Shown here one piece after another: positions 8,961-17,636 of a stretch of 26,871 nt of DNA. Origin of the DNA: Chlamydiota bacterium (lineage in GTDB: Bacteria > Auribacterota > Tritonobacteria > UBA1439); the NCBI GenBank assembly GCA_037133055.1, contig JBAXOY010000034.1, forward strand, positions 1-26,871. Reading direction: 5' to 3'. Both the position numbers and the translations under genes were made by a program. The notes beneath the pieces are model-generated. The model was not told the origin of the DNA. It did no database searches and was given only the letters and a program-made list of their open reading frames with translations. Within the stretch, counting starts at the first letter, position 1; each line of letters opens with the position of its first letter.

Positions 8961-11260
8961 GTGCCGTTGACCTGGCCCTGGTAATGGCCGACATGACCGA
9001 CCTGTTCCCGCTCTTCGGGACAAGGACGGTGGTCAAGCTGCCGCCGCGGGTCCCCCTGGGGCTCTGCTATGTGGCGGCGGCGGTCAGGGAGGCTGGGTAC
9101 CGCGTCCGCGTGATCGACAACTATCTCGATGCCCTGCCGAACCGGCGCGTCGCGGAGAGCATTCTCGCCCAGTCGCCCCGCGCCGCCGGTTTCTCCGTCA
9201 CCGTGGTGAACAAGGCCAACGCGATTGAGATCGCCTCCATGGTCAAAAGGGGGAACCCGGGCGTCCGCACGGTTTTCGGCGGCCCGCACGCGACGATACT
9301 GCCCCTCGACCTGATATCCGCCCCCGCGGTGGACTATGTCGTCACCGGGGAGGGCGAGCAGAGTATGCCCCTGCTGCTCGGGGCGATCGCGCGAGGGGAA
9401 CCCGTCGACGCCATCCCCGGCCTTTACTACAAAACCCCCGACGGAACCCCGCGTTCCACGGGGCCATGTGTATGGATTCGCGACCTGGACGGGCTTCCCC
9501 TCCCCGCGCGTGATCTTGTCGATTTCGACCGCTATCATATCAGGGGAGAGACGATCGCCGCGGAGCGGGTGGCGACGATATCGTCCTCGCGGGGGTGCCC
9601 GTACCGCTGCGCCTTCTGCGCGAGCGAGTTCTACTTCTCGAAGAGATACCGCTGCCGGAGCGCGGCGAGCGTCCTCGACGAGATCGAGCGGCTCATCGCG
9701 GACTACCGGATCGACGGGCTCTATTTCCGGGAGGACTGTTTTACGGTCAACCGCGCGCGGGTCGTGGAGATCTGCGGGGAGATGGTCCGGCGAAAGATCG
9801 CCCTCCCCTGGGAGTGCGAGGCGCGCGTGGATACGCTCGACCCCGAGCTGCTCCGCATGATGTACGAGGCCGGGTGCCGCGGCATGTGGTGCGGCATCGA
9901 GTCCGGCTCCCCGCGCATCCTCGACTATCTTCAGAAGGGGATCACCCTCGAGCAGGTGAGGAACGCATACCGCTGGGCCCATGAGGCCGGCATCGCCGTC
10001 GGGGCGGGGTTCATGGTGGGACTCCCGGGCGAGACGATGGACGACGCATTCCAGTCGCTCCGCCTCGCGAAGGAGCTGCGGCCCTGCTGGGCGTATTTCC
10101 AATCCTACGTCGGGTACCCCCGGAGCAGGATCTACGACGAGGTGGAGCGGGAGGGGCTGTTCGTCCGTAACGAGGGGGGAATATTCGACGTCCAGACCCG
10201 CGAGCTGAGAAGAACCGAGATCAGGGCGCTGGAAAATTACTTTCAGAAGGACTTTTCCCATTGGCAGAAGTTCGGCGCCGTGGAACCACCCGGCACTGAC
10301 ACCCCGCCCCGCGGGGGATGGCCGCGCGTATCGGTGATAGTGCCCGCGAGGAACGCGGAGGGGTCGATCGAGGAATGCCTTGTCTCCCTCGCGAACCTCG
10401 ATTACCCGAAGGACCGTCTCGAGTTGGTCGTGGTAGACAACGGCTCGACCGATCGCACGAGGGAGATCGCTTCGCGTTTCCCCGTGACCGTGCTGGTGCA
10501 GGACCGCACACAAAGCTCGTACGCGAGCCGCAATGCGGGGCTTCGCCGGGCTGCGGGGGAGATCATCGCGTTTACCGACTCCGATTGCGTGGCGGCGCAG
10601 GACTGGTTGAAGAAGCTCGTACAGGGGTGCGATGGTGCGGGCATCGGCTGTTTTGCGGGGGAGGTATTCCCCTACCGCCTGGGTACGTTCATCGACGGGT
10701 ATCTCGACTCCATCGGGTTCATGTCCCAGCGGCAGCTCCTCGACTACCGGCCGCTCTCCAGGGCGATGACCGCAAATCTGGCATTCCGAAGGGAGGTATT
10801 CGATCGCGTGGGGATGTTCGACGACGAGGCCATCTCCGGAGGCGATTCGGAGATAGTGATCCGGATGATCACGAGGACGGAGTGGCGGGTCAGGTACAAC
10901 GGCGCGGCCGTTGTCTATCACAAGCACCGGACGCGTCCATGGCCCTTTTTTACTCAGTTTGTACGCTATGGATGGGGTGAAGCCCGCCTCCGGTGCGGAT
11001 ATCCTGAGCAGTTCGCGCCGCACATCGGGGCGGGGATGCGACAAAGCGCGTCAGAAGTCGTGTCGGGGCTGAAAAGGCTGTTTCGTCGGTGGAAAGAGGG
11101 CGGGGACAGACCGGGCGCCGATGATGTCAAGAGAACGGTTTTGGAAGTAGTCAGACACCTTGCCTGGCACGCGGGCCTCCAGTGTGGGCTCGGCTATCGG
11201 CTGTATCTGACTGGCGGGGAACAAAAATCCCCTCCCCGGCTCCCGCAAAGGAAGACATGA
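8957..11260 (+). CDS. Cobalamin-binding radical SAM protein (class B methyltransferase-like) fused to a C-terminal GT2 domain
   Basis: PLGLCYVAA, VFGGPHAT and VVTGEGE (B12-binding domain); SRGCPYRCAFC (CxxxCxxC), GIESGS, FMVGLPGET; then VSVIVPARN, VVDNGSTD, SRNAG, AFTDSDC. Continuous 767-aa frame with ATGA overlaps at both ends. Confidence 0.9.
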   Translation: MSAVDLALVMADMTDLFPLFGTRTVVKLPPRVPLGLCYVAAAVREAGYRVRVIDNYLDALPNRRVAESILAQSPRAAGFSVTVVNKANAIEIASMVKRGNPGVRTVFGGPHATILPLDLISAPAVDYVVTGEGEQSMPLLLGAIARGEPVDAIPGLYYKTPDGTPRSTGPCVWIRDLDGLPLPARDLVDFDRYHIRGETIAAERVATISSSRGCPYRCAFCASEFYFSKRYRCRSAASVLDEIERLIADYRIDGLYFREDCFTVNRARVVEICGEMVRRKIALPWECEARVDTLDPELLRMMYEAGCRGMWCGIESGSPRILDYLQKGITLEQVRNAYRWAHEAGIAVGAGFMVGLPGETMDDAFQSLRLAKELRPCWAYFQSYVGYPRSRIYDEVEREGLFVRNEGGIFDVQTRELRRTEIRALENYFQKDFSHWQKFGAVEPPGTDTPPRGGWPRVSVIVPARNAEGSIEECLVSLANLDYPKDRLELVVVDNGSTDRTREIASRFPVTVLVQDRTQSSYASRNAGLRRAAGEIIAFTDSDCVAAQDWLKKLVQGCDGAGIGCFAGEVFPYRLGTFIDGYLDSIGFMSQRQLLDYRPLSRAMTANLAFRREVFDRVGMFDDEAISGGDSEIVIRMITRTEWRVRYNGAAVVYHKHRTRPWPFFTQFVRYGWGEARLRCGYPEQFAPHIGAGMRQSASEVVSGLKRLFRRWKEGGDRPGADDVKRTVLEVVRHLAWHAGLQCGLGYRLYLTGGEQKSPPRLPQRKT

Positions 11261-12438
11261 AGCTGCTTTTCCTGAATCACAATATCCGGGGACAGGGCAC
11301 CTACGCGCGCTGTTACAATCTCGCCTCTCAGCTTGCACGGAGAGGGCATCAATGCGTTCTCGCCTGCGTGTCGGCGGACCCGAGAGGCCGGTTCGGGCGG
11401 ACGCATGAGCGGGGGGTGGAAATCGTCACCGCCCCCACCCGGTGGGGTGGATTGTATCAGGGCGGGGGCTGGGGCCTCCTGGACATTCTGACCCGGCTGG
11501 GCTGCCTGTCGCTCAGGAGATACGACCTTGTCTATGCCTTTGACCACCGGCCGAACGTCGCACTGCCTGCGTTCGTGGAGAAATACGCGGGGAGGGTCCC
11601 CCTGATCGCCGATTGGGCCGACTGGTGGTGTCGGGGCGGCCATACCAGCGTCGCGCGCATTTCCCGTCTGCAGTACGGCGTGGAACTCTTTCTCGAGGAG
11701 GGCACCAAGCGCGTGAGCGACGGGGTCACCGTTATCTGCACCGCGCTGAAGGAAAGGGCGCTCGGGCTTGGCATTCCCCCCGAGCGGCTGCTCCACCTTC
11801 CCTCCGGCGCCGATGTGGAGAACATCCTCCCCATGGACAAGGGGAACATGCGAAGCCGCCATGGTATTCCACGCGGCGGTGCGATTGTCGGATACATCTC
11901 CGCGAGCCTGATCGACGCGGACATGCTGCTCAACGCCATGGCGAAAGTGTTTGCCATGAGGAGCAATTGCAGGCTCCTCTTCCTCGGCCCGGACAGTGGC
12001 TGGCATCGCGACATGGCGGTCGGTCTCGGCATCGATGACCGGATCATCTGGGCGGGCGTACAACCCTATTCGCGGATCGCCGAATTCATCGCGTGCGCTG
12101 ATGTTATGGCGCTTCCAATGCGGGACAACCTCATCAACCGCGGCAGATGGCCGAACAGAATCGGTGAGAACATGGCCGCCGGGAGGGCAACGGTCGCCTG
12201 CGCCGTCGGGGACGTGCGAACGCTCTTCACCGAGGAGAAGATAGGGGTTCTTACCGAACCGGATGAAGACTCGTTCGCGACGCACGTGTGCGCCCTTCTC
12301 GACAATCCTCGGCTGGCGGAAGAGCTGGGGAACCATGCCCGCGAGGTCGGGGAACGCGCGTGTTCATGGGAACAGATGACCGCGCGATTCTGCTCATTCC
12401 TGGGGAGGCTCCCGGAAACGCGGGGCATGCGCGTCTGA
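11257..12438 (+). CDS. GT4 (GT-B fold) glycosyltransferase
   Basis: MKLLFLNH, LARRGH, LPSGAD, ADVMALP, PNRIGENMAAGRATVACAVGD, SWE; ATG 11257 overlaps the previous stop. Confidence 0.9.
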   Translation: MKLLFLNHNIRGQGTYARCYNLASQLARRGHQCVLACVSADPRGRFGRTHERGVEIVTAPTRWGGLYQGGGWGLLDILTRLGCLSLRRYDLVYAFDHRPNVALPAFVEKYAGRVPLIADWADWWCRGGHTSVARISRLQYGVELFLEEGTKRVSDGVTVICTALKERALGLGIPPERLLHLPSGADVENILPMDKGNMRSRHGIPRGGAIVGYISASLIDADMLLNAMAKVFAMRSNCRLLFLGPDSGWHRDMAVGLGIDDRIIWAGVQPYSRIAEFIACADVMALPMRDNLINRGRWPNRIGENMAAGRATVACAVGDVRTLFTEEKIGVLTEPDEDSFATHVCALLDNPRLAEELGNHAREVGERACSWEQMTARFCSFLGRLPETRGMRV

Positions 12439-12481
12439 TTGTGCCGACGCCGCTCGCTCATGTCGCCGCCCAGAGAAAGGA

Positions 12482-12513
12482 CGGGGGCGCGATGCCAATG
12501 CACCGCGCCCCCG
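12482..12513. terminator. GC-rich hairpin between convergent genes (possible bidirectional terminator)
   Basis: CGGGGGCGCG (12482-12491) pairs with CGCGCCCCCG (12504-12513); no strong U-tract. Confidence 0.5.
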
Positions 12514-12566
12514 CCCGCATGACCCTGCCGCATCCTCGGCGGCTTTTCTCCCCACGCCGCGATGCG

Positions 12567-14006
12567 TCAGGGAGTTGTGTACTGGATTATTGCGTCCAGC
12601 TGCGTCGAGTCGTAGTTGCTGTTGCAGCTGGTGCATCCGGGGCCGCGCGGATCGATGTGGAATTGGATCCTGTCGCCCACGGTCACGGCCACCGAGTTCA
12701 CGGCAAAACGGTGGTAGGTATAGTCGGTATTGCCGATACCGTCGGACAGGAGGGGTGTCGCCTCGCTGTTCCTGATGATCTTGAGCGTCACCCCGTCCCC
12801 TGAGCCCGTTACCCCGGATCTGACGGCCCATCCCGAGAGGTTCACCGTCCCGGTGCTGGGGGCTGTCCATGTCCTCACTGCATTCAGGAGGGGAGAGAGC
12901 CCACCCGGGTTGCCGCCGTTGATATTGACCAGCGGCCTTGATGAATTGAGCCTCCACTCGTTTGAAACAAGGGTATTGAGCTGCGCGTACGTGCTGCCGT
13001 TGTAGTACTCGTAGGTCCAGTGGTCCTGCCCCTGGATGGAGCTGTAACCATTGCTCGCGCTTGCGGTCGCGCCGTTGGCGGAGCTGGAGATGATCGCATT
13101 CAGCTGGGTGGAGTCATAGTTGCTGTTGGTGTTCGGGTCCACGTGCAAGTGGATCTTCTCCCCCGCAAGGATGGCCACGCCCGTGATAGAATAGTTGTGA
13201 TAGGTGTAGTCGGTGTTTGTAATCGCGATGGGCGACATCAGCTCCGTTCTTGTGCCGGAGGTGTCCTGCTTGTATACACGGAGAGTCACCCCGTCCCCTA
13301 AGCCCGTTGCCCCGGATCTGACGGCCCATCCGGTGATGTTCACCGTGTCATCGAAGGGCGCCTGCCACGACCGAACCGCATCCATCAGCGGACTGAGCCC
13401 GCCCGGGTTGCCGCCGTTGATATTGACCAGCGGCCTTGATGAATTGAGCCTCCACTCGTTTGAAACAAGGGTGTTGAGCGGCACGTATGCGCTGCCGTTC
13501 CAGTAGTTGTATTTCCAATGGTCTTGATCCTGGAGGCTGCTGTAGGAGGTGGATGCACAGACCGGCGAGTTGTGGATTTCACTCTCCGAGATGATGATGA
13601 AGTTGATCCTGTTCGCATAGCTGTTGCCGCCCAGTTGGAGGCTCAACTTTGATGCCGTCACCAGAACGGGAATGTTCGTCGCGGTCGTATAGGTATTGAT
13701 TGCGGTCGCGACGTTCAACTGCGTGACAGTCGAATACGTGGACCCGTCGCCCGCAACCTTGACAAGGTGGGGCCCGGTGGCCGCGCTGGGGTCGCCGCAC
13801 GCGATGGTGACGTAATACGTTTTGTTGTTCGGGAGCGTGATCTCCCATGTGTCGGGGGTGCCGCTGGCGGCCTGTGCGACATAGGTGTCATACTCGGGAT
13901 TCGGGTTTGCCCCCGTCCCTCCCCCCGTCGTGACCGTCGCGTGCGCCGTGACGCACGTGAGCGCCGCCACGAGAGCCGCGCTCAGGATGCATTTGACTGA
14001 ATACAT
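12567..14006 (-). CDS. Secreted S/T/N-rich protein: signal peptide, one galactose-binding-like/malectin-like beta domain (N-terminally incomplete) and two tandem homologous beta domains
   Basis: RBS AAGGAGG before ATG 14006; MYSVKCILSAALVAALTCVTAHA signal peptide ending A-x-A; YDT...WEITLPNNKTYYVTIACGDP...RINFIII; two copies of YSS.Q.QDHW.Y.Y.NGS...DAVR/NAVR.W.AP...GDGVTL...NSNYDSTQL.AII, 166 codons apart. Confidence 0.85.
   Translation of the reverse strand: MYSVKCILSAALVAALTCVTAHATVTTGGGTGANPNPEYDTYVAQAASGTPDTWEITLPNNKTYYVTIACGDPSAATGPHLVKVAGDGSTYSTVTQLNVATAINTYTTATNIPVLVTASKLSLQLGGNSYANRINFIIISESEIHNSPVCASTSYSSLQDQDHWKYNYWNGSAYVPLNTLVSNEWRLNSSRPLVNINGGNPGGLSPLMDAVRSWQAPFDDTVNITGWAVRSGATGLGDGVTLRVYKQDTSGTRTELMSPIAITNTDYTYHNYSITGVAILAGEKIHLHVDPNTNSNYDSTQLNAIISSSANGATASASNGYSSIQGQDHWTYEYYNGSTYAQLNTLVSNEWRLNSSRPLVNINGGNPGGLSPLLNAVRTWTAPSTGTVNLSGWAVRSGVTGSGDGVTLKIIRNSEATPLLSDGIGNTDYTYHRFAVNSVAVTVGDRIQFHIDPRGPGCTSCNSNYDSTQLDAIIQYTTP
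12787..13472. repeat. Intragenic direct repeat with 498-nt offset
   Basis: 12904-12974 is identical to 13402-13472 (71 nt); 12787-12833 matches 13285-13331 with 2 mismatches. Confidence 0.9.
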
Positions 14007-14099
14007 GACGAAACCTCCTTTCGAATCCGTTTGACGTGGTGTATCAGAAGCCCCATAGCTGTGTACGACTCGGGGCAAAAAGCAAGAGCCGAGAAAATA

Positions 14100-14675
14100 T
14101 CAGTATCTCCATCCGCAGCGCAGTGTCCCTCCCGAGGCGGCGAGGGCGCCGGATACCGCGCCGCCCGCCTCTCCAGGCTGAAACTGCACGCGTATCACAA
14201 GGGGTGGGGATGCCTTCGCGAGCTGGATGACCTGGTCCTGAACGCCCTTGTCCCCCTCTCCCACAAATGCGTGGTACGTCAGAAACGCGATGAGAATGCC
14301 GAGGACAGGGACCGCGGCCCTCGCGCCGAAATAAAGACCCTCGGAGAGGTGCAGTGCGGCCTTCGGAACGAGCCACTCCGTGAAGCGGATCCGGCACCCT
14401 TCCACGACGCGGGCGAGGCGGCTCTCTGCGCCGGCCGGCGCCTCGCTGAGCAGCGACGCGCGGAACTCCTGCCAGGAGAGCGTAATTCCAGCCACGGTCC
14501 CCGGCCGGGGGGCTATCGTGCCGAGCAGCCGCTCGAGTTCGATTTGGCGCTCGAACGCATTCCTGCACGCGGGGCAGGCGGAGATGTGCCGCTCGACCGC
14601 CCTCCGGGAACGGCCGCCCAGCTCGCGGCTCCCGTATGCGACCATCAGCGCGCGCGCCCCCCTGCATGTCTTCAT
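14100..14675 (-). CDS. Transmembrane anti-sigma factor with zf-HC2 (ZAS) domain
   Basis: MKTC...VERHISACPAC (HxxxCxxC), one TM helix AAVPVLGILIAFLTY, short extracytoplasmic tail; directly downstream of an ECF sigma. Alternative start GTG 14726. Confidence 0.85.
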   Translation of the reverse strand: MKTCRGARALMVAYGSRELGGRSRRAVERHISACPACRNAFERQIELERLLGTIAPRPGTVAGITLSWQEFRASLLSEAPAGAESRLARVVEGCRIRFTEWLVPKAALHLSEGLYFGARAAVPVLGILIAFLTYHAFVGEGDKGVQDQVIQLAKASPPLVIRVQFQPGEAGGAVSGALAASGGTLRCGWRY

Positions 14676-14706
14676 GGTCAGTATCCCTTTACACCGCTTC
14701 ACAAGG

Positions 14707-14735
14707 TTAGACGCATCTCCGGTCACATTGTACCC
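14707..14735 (-). promoter_or_regulatory. Candidate ECF-type promoter
   Basis: Minus strand GGGTAC-N16-CGTCTAA upstream of the anti-sigma gene; spacing and CGTC -10 core resemble ECF promoters. Confidence 0.35.
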
Positions 14736-14788
14736 CCCCTGGACATAAAAGAGCCGTAACTATATGTCGTGCAGGATGATAATGGCTT

Positions 14789-15388
14789 TCACCCCGACAA
14801 AGATATCTCCCGGCCCAAGGCATCCCTGAGTTTTGCGCTTGCCTGGGAAAGGCGTTTCTGGAGCACCCCCCGCGCGCAGCCCACGATCTCGCATATTTCG
14901 CTGAACGTGCACCCCTCGAAGTACTTGAGCACCACGGCCGTCCTCAACTTGACGGGGAGGGCGTCGACGGCCGCGCGGATCTTTTCGTTGAACTCCTTCC
15001 CCGCGATGGAATTGAAGAGTTCTCCCCGGGAGGTGGCGATTTCCCCTTCTCCCGGGGCGTGTGTCAAAGGAATCTCGTCGCGCGTTCGTCTCCTGCGGTA
15101 GTGATCGAGCGCCTGGTGATAGGTGATGCGGTAGAGCCAGGTGGAAAAGCGCGCCCTGCGGTCGAACCATTTGAGCGACTTGAAGACTTTGATGAAGCTC
15201 GCCTGGGTGACATCGCGGGCAAGGGCGGAGTCCTTGACGATGCTGAGCGCCAAAAAATAGACCCTGTCTCTGTACTTGTCGAAGAGGTAGCGGAACTCCT
15301 CCCACTCCCCCCGGGCGCAGGAGTCCAGCACGCGGGCCTCTTCCGGGTCATCGGGCGGGACGGGGTGTGTTTTCGTGATATCGTTCAT
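14789..15388 (-). CDS. ECF RNA polymerase sigma-70 factor (RpoE/SigW-like)
   Basis: Region 2: ARDVTQASFIKVFKSL...FSTWLYRITYHQALDHYR; region 4: LPVKLRTAVVLKYFEGCTFSEICEIVG...KRLSQA; 199 aa. Confidence 0.92.
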   Translation of the reverse strand: MNDITKTHPVPPDDPEEARVLDSCARGEWEEFRYLFDKYRDRVYFLALSIVKDSALARDVTQASFIKVFKSLKWFDRRARFSTWLYRITYHQALDHYRRRRTRDEIPLTHAPGEGEIATSRGELFNSIAGKEFNEKIRAAVDALPVKLRTAVVLKYFEGCTFSEICEIVGCARGVLQKRLSQASAKLRDALGREISLSG

Positions 15389-15431
15389 GGTCGCACGGAG
15401 ACCCCTGCTGCGTGCCGGAAGCGCGTCGGAT

Positions 15432-16490
15432 TCATCCCCCCGGTCCCTCCGGGTCTCGGCCGTTTCCCGGGGCGGGTCCGATGTTTTCGAGGGGGCGACG
15501 CAGGAGGCCCAGGCGCATGAGGCCTTCGGCGAGGAGGAGGATCCCCCCCTCGTAGAGGACGGTCCACAGCGTGCGCGCCGCCGACGCGGCGGTCCGCGCC
15601 GCGCGCCGCGCCCTCCGGAAGGGGCGCGCGCATCGCCGCGTCGCCCCGGCCCAGAGAAATCCCGCCTGCCGGATCACCCATACCACCTCGATGGCGCGTG
15701 GCCTCCCGCCCCCGGTGAGGGCGCGACGGGCAAACCTGAAGGGCTGCATGAGAACGAAACGGGAGACGGAACGGAGCCCCGCGCCCCCCTCGCCGCGGTG
15801 ATAGGCGGCGAATCCGTCGCTGAACGCCCGCTTCATGCAGAAGGCGAGCGTCAGGCGTCCGGGGGGCACGCGGTGGTACACGACAAGCGCAGGATCGAAC
15901 AGCGTCCGATACCCGCCCCCGCGGGTCCTCAGCCACAGGTCGGAGTCCTCCCTGGTCATGTTCCTGCCCGCGAGGCCGCTGACTCCCTCCCGAAATCGCA
16001 GCCCTTTCAATACCTCGGCCCTGTAGGCGAGGTTGAGGGAGGCGGGGAGGTAGATCTCTCCCGCGAGGGGGCCGTAGTGCCCCGGCACGGAGAGACCGAC
16101 GAGCCAGTTGATCTCGTCGTCCCACCAGCGGGGGGGAGAGAATTCGCCAAGGGGCCTGGCGATGCCCCCCACGGCGTCGCGGTCTTCCAGATCTATCGCT
16201 ATCCGCGCAAGCCAGTCCTTCTCCACGACGCAGTCGTCGTCGGTGAAGGCGATGATGTCCCCGCGGGCGGCGTCGATGCCCGCGTTCCGGCACGTGGAGA
16301 GCTCGGCGTCATTCTCGAACCGCAGTACCCTGACCCCGGGCGAGTCTCCAAACTCGTCCCGAGTCCCGTCGGTCGAGGCGTTGTCCACGATGATGATCTC
16401 ATACTCGGAGAACGGATTGGCGCGGATGCTCGCCACGCATTCGCGGAGGAAAGACAGACGGTTATGGGTGAGAATCACGACGCTGATCAT
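15432..16490 (-). CDS. GT2 glycosyltransferase
   Basis: MISVVILTHNR, IIVDNASTD, CRNAG, AFTDDDC, EDSDLWLR; ATGA overlap with the upstream gene. Confidence 0.92.
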   Translation of the reverse strand: MISVVILTHNRLSFLRECVASIRANPFSEYEIIIVDNASTDGTRDEFGDSPGVRVLRFENDAELSTCRNAGIDAARGDIIAFTDDDCVVEKDWLARIAIDLEDRDAVGGIARPLGEFSPPRWWDDEINWLVGLSVPGHYGPLAGEIYLPASLNLAYRAEVLKGLRFREGVSGLAGRNMTREDSDLWLRTRGGGYRTLFDPALVVYHRVPPGRLTLAFCMKRAFSDGFAAYHRGEGGAGLRSVSRFVLMQPFRFARRALTGGGRPRAIEVVWVIRQAGFLWAGATRRCARPFRRARRAARTAASAARTLWTVLYEGGILLLAEGLMRLGLLRRPLENIGPAPGNGRDPEGPGG

Positions 16491-17470
16491 GGCCTGTCCG
16501 CCTTTGAGTTGCCGGGCGGTCCGGCGACGGTATCCGGGTTCTTGAGAAAATGGGACCGGGAGAGCCGGGCCAGGTGGGCGCGGAATGCGGTGAGCGTCTC
16601 CACGCGGGACGAGAGGCCGCGCGGCGCGGGCTTCAAGAGCCCCCGATCCCGGGAGTGGCGAAGATCGAGATGCGTGTGGTACGGAAGCAGCATCAGGTCG
16701 AGCGGGAGCAGGGAGTAGCGGCCCGCCCGGATGTCCCCCTTCGCCCGGTACTTCGCGTTCACGAAGTTGTGGTAGACGATGTTCGCGGCGCGGGTGTATT
16801 TCATCGTCTCACCAAGGCTCCGGTAGCCCCAGCGCCAGTCGGCCTGGAGGACCGACAGCATCCCGTCTCTCTTGAGGTGGGTGACCATGCCCGAGGGCTC
16901 GTAGACGAGGGCGTGTCCCTTCGCGAGGAGCCGATGGGACAGGTCCAGATCCTCCCCATTTGTCCTGAACCGCGTGTCATAGCGCCCTACGTCCTCGATC
17001 GCGGTTTTCCTGAAAAGGGTATTGCAGCCGAAGAGGAACGGCGGATTGAGAAGACGCGCATCCCCCCAGTCCTGCCGCATGTGCGCCGCGCGCCATTTGT
17101 CGGCGAGGGAGGTCTGGAATCCTTCAATGAGCCTTCCACCCGCCCCCGCGGCGCCGGTTTCCTCCAATGCAGAATAAAGCCTTTCGAGCCAGGCAGGATC
17201 GGCGAGGCAGTCTACGTCGAGGGAAGCCACGAGGTCGTTCCGCGCTTCGGAAACTGCGGCATTCCTCGCGGCGGCGAGGCCGGGATGCCCATCGAGATCG
17301 ATCAGTCGCACGGGAAGACCCGCCGCGACCTCCCTGGTGCGGTCGGTTGATCCGTCGTTCACCACCAGTATCTCCGCGGGCTTCAGGGCCTGTCCGAGCA
17401 GGGCGTTGACGCAGCCCGCGAGGAACTTCTCCGCGTTGTGGCAGGGGATATAGACGGTGATGGCATCCAT
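16487..17470 (-). CDS. GT2 glycosyltransferase
   Basis: ITVYIPCHN, VVNDGSTD, AAARN, SLDVDC, GRYDTRF...GEDLDLSHRL. Alternative start GTG 17491. Confidence 0.92.
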   Translation of the reverse strand: MDAITVYIPCHNAEKFLAGCVNALLGQALKPAEILVVNDGSTDRTREVAAGLPVRLIDLDGHPGLAAARNAAVSEARNDLVASLDVDCLADPAWLERLYSALEETGAAGAGGRLIEGFQTSLADKWRAAHMRQDWGDARLLNPPFLFGCNTLFRKTAIEDVGRYDTRFRTNGEDLDLSHRLLAKGHALVYEPSGMVTHLKRDGMLSVLQADWRWGYRSLGETMKYTRAANIVYHNFVNAKYRAKGDIRAGRYSLLPLDLMLLPYHTHLDLRHSRDRGLLKPAPRGLSSRVETLTAFRAHLARLSRSHFLKNPDTVAGPPGNSKADRP

Positions 17471-17519
17471 GGCACGTTCCACCTTGATCACATCTCAAAG
17501 GGCCCACGTACAAACTCCC

Positions 17520-17528
17520 AGTATAGCA
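17520..17528 (-). promoter_or_regulatory. Extended -10 promoter element for the GT2-GT2-ECF transcript
   Basis: Minus strand TGcTATACT about 50 nt upstream of ATG 17470. Confidence 0.5.
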
Positions 17529-17557
17529 AAGCGCAACGGCAGGGGGGAAATTGGGGT

Positions 17558-17596
17558 CATGCCTTCGGCCATGCCTTCCCGGTCGGGCATGCCTTC
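17558..17596. repeat. Three CATGCCTTC direct repeats between divergent promoters
   Basis: Copies at 17558-17566, 17570-17578 and 17588-17596. Confidence 0.7.
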
Positions 17597-17600
17597 GGGC

Positions 17601-17629
17601 TTGACTTCCCGACCCGCTTTGTCTAGCAT
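17601..17629 (+). promoter_or_regulatory. Sigma70-type promoter
   Basis: TTGACT-N17-TAGCAT; predicted +1 falls at about ATG 17637. Confidence 0.65.
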
Positions 17630-17636
17630 CTCCGTT

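Noticed and set aside
8067..11260. RiPP or mycofactocin-like cluster (radical SAM plus GT2)
   Set aside because: The radical SAM has a B12-binding domain and no SPASM cysteines, and no precursor peptide or RRE protein is evident.
12787..13472. Near-identical repeats as a diversity-generating retroelement TR/VR pair
   Set aside because: Both copies are in frame within one gene, the mismatches are not confined to adenines of one copy, and there is no reverse transcriptase in the window.
14007..14099. Riboswitch or sRNA upstream of the secreted protein
   Set aside because: Only short GC stems (GCCCC/GGGGC, CTCGG/CCGAG) are present, with no recognisable aptamer consensus.
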